From positions 13,602-77,601 of IMG/VR virus record IMGVR_UViG_3300031993_000048: 64,000 nucleotides of DNA; one strand, written 5' to 3'. Origin of the DNA: a virus (lineage: Duplodnaviria > Caudoviricetes). A program made the position numbers and the translations under genes. Of this stretch, positions 63,190 through 64,000 are shown one piece after another (the stretch's first letter is position 1; every line of letters starts with the position of its first letter). The notes under the pieces are model-generated. The model made no database searches. It had not been told where the DNA came from and saw nothing but the letters and a program-made list of their open reading frames with translations.

Positions 63190-63488
63190 CACTCCACCTC
63201 CTCCCAGTCCTCGGCCAGCAGATCGCAGGGCGTCGGATGCCAGCCCGTGAGGACCGTCGGCGCGTCGTCGACCACGAGATACATGCAGATGGTCCCGAGC
63301 CCGTCGATGGCCCCGCCGTTGTCCTCCGCCAGCTTCTTCAGCTTGGGGTCCTTGCACCAGTCGGCCTGTATCTGGACCGGCGGCTTGAACCAGAGGAACT
63401 TGCGCTTGTCGCGCCACCCTTGGCGGCGCACCTTCTTCCCGAGCTTCAGGCCGCGTACGGCCCAGCCTATGTCGAGAGTGTCCATCAC
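63189..63488 (-). CDS. DUF2829 family protein, Tad2-like (anti-Thoeris sponge)
   Basis: IGWAVRGLKLGKKVRRQGW...GWHPTPCDLLAEDW matches the DUF2829 pattern (AxxxLKxGxKVxRxGW...WxPxxxDxLAxDW). Confidence 0.8.
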   Translation of the reverse strand: MMDTLDIGWAVRGLKLGKKVRRQGWRDKRKFLWFKPPVQIQADWCKDPKLKKLAEDNGGAIDGLGTICMYLVVDDAPTVLTGWHPTPCDLLAEDWEEVE

Positions 63489-63685
63489 TTCGGCCCTCCG
63501 TGCGCGACAATCGCCCTGAACAGCGTCTGCGCGGATATGCCGCGTTCCTTGAACCCGTGCCTGCCCCGCGCGCGGTACGCGGAAAGCCCGCAGTACTGCC
63601 GGAGCGTCTCGCCTCCGCAGTTGCCGGGAAGGGGCCGCCTCGCGGCGGCCGCCTTTCTCGCCTCTTCTTCCGGGTCGTATCTCAC
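63485..63685 (-). CDS. Small hypothetical protein (66 aa)
   Basis: ATGA overlaps on both sides; GGAGG RBS. Confidence 0.6.
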   Translation of the reverse strand: MRYDPEEEARKAAAARRPLPGNCGGETLRQYCGLSAYRARGRHGFKERGISAQTLFRAIVAHGGPK

Positions 63686-64000
63686 GCCGCGCCTCCTTCC
63701 GCCTTGAAGTGGTCCTGGGCGTGGCTGGCTGTCTTCATGATGCGTTCCGGCGCGCCGCCGTTGTCGAGGTACAGGTGGAAGAGGTAGAACATCGCCTTCT
63801 CCAGGTCCTCGACCGGCTTGCCCTTGAACTGGTAGCGCTGGACGTACTTGATCACGTTCCCTTGCAGGAACCCGTCGAACGCCTCCTTCCCCATCTGGTC
63901 CTTCATGTGCATGAAGGAGTCGCGTCCGTTGGGCGCGTAGTGGTTGGGACGGTTCACGACGTCCTCGCTCGGGGACTGCTTGAGCCCCTCCTTCGTGCGT
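63682..64000 (-). CDS. DUF3310 family protein; 5' end beyond the window
   Basis: The frame stays open to the window edge (RTKEGLKQSPSEDVVNRPNHY); contains GFLQGNVIKYVQRYQFKG..EDLEKAMFYL. Confidence 0.82.
   Translation of the reverse strand, partial: RTKEGLKQSPSEDVVNRPNHYAPNGRDSFMHMKDQMGKEAFDGFLQGNVIKYVQRYQFKGKPVEDLEKAMFYLFHLYLDNGGAPERIMKTASHAQDHFKAEGGAA

Larger units (their letters stand above)
1..64000. mobile_element. Tailed bacteriophage (Caudoviricetes) genome segment or prophage, probably short-tailed; both ends extend beyond the window
   Basis: Terminase, portal, scaffold, capsid, lysozyme and lysis genes in one co-oriented, tightly packed block with many ATGA/GTGA overlaps. A convergent block of small phage-type accessory genes follows. 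No host core genes, integrase or att site seen. Confidence 0.93.

Noticed and set aside
1-64000. tRNA/rRNA genes, integrase or att sites, tape-measure or sheath genes
   Set aside because: None recognised. Intergenic gaps are too short for RNA genes except the capsid leader, which lacks a cloverleaf. Lifestyle (temperate versus lytic) cannot be determined from this window.

Overview
The whole 64-kb window looks like part of one high-GC (roughly 70%, by eye) tailed bacteriophage genome or prophage; no host housekeeping genes are seen. Positions 1-58246 are a + strand virion/lysis region: fibre-like genes, many with signal peptides; a holin-like gene, a small lipoprotein and a papain-family peptidase; large terminase; repeat-rich structural proteins; portal; scaffold; major capsid; adaptor; putative ejected proteins; a ~7,044-aa giant protein; and further exported/fibre genes. 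Positions 58240-64000 are a convergent - strand accessory block: glycosyltransferases, HAD and HD hydrolases, a DUF2829/Tad2-like protein and a DUF3310 protein. No tape-measure, tail-tube or sheath gene was recognised, which fits a short-tailed virion that ejects large internal proteins. The top candidate for novelty is the giant protein. It carries two-barrel RNA polymerase-like motifs (GSDMDGD with an upstream HRSP), an HExxH zincin and a C-terminal GH24 lysozyme, so it may be a virion-packaged RNAP fused to cell-wall-penetration functions. Other highlights: signal-peptide-bearing, Thr-Asn-rich fibre-like proteins next to phage glycosyltransferases; a papain-fold peptidase in the endolysin slot; a structured leader before the capsid gene; and three sigma70-like promoters sharing TGTGGTAT(C/A)AT. 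All family assignments come from motif recognition by eye; no database searches were run.
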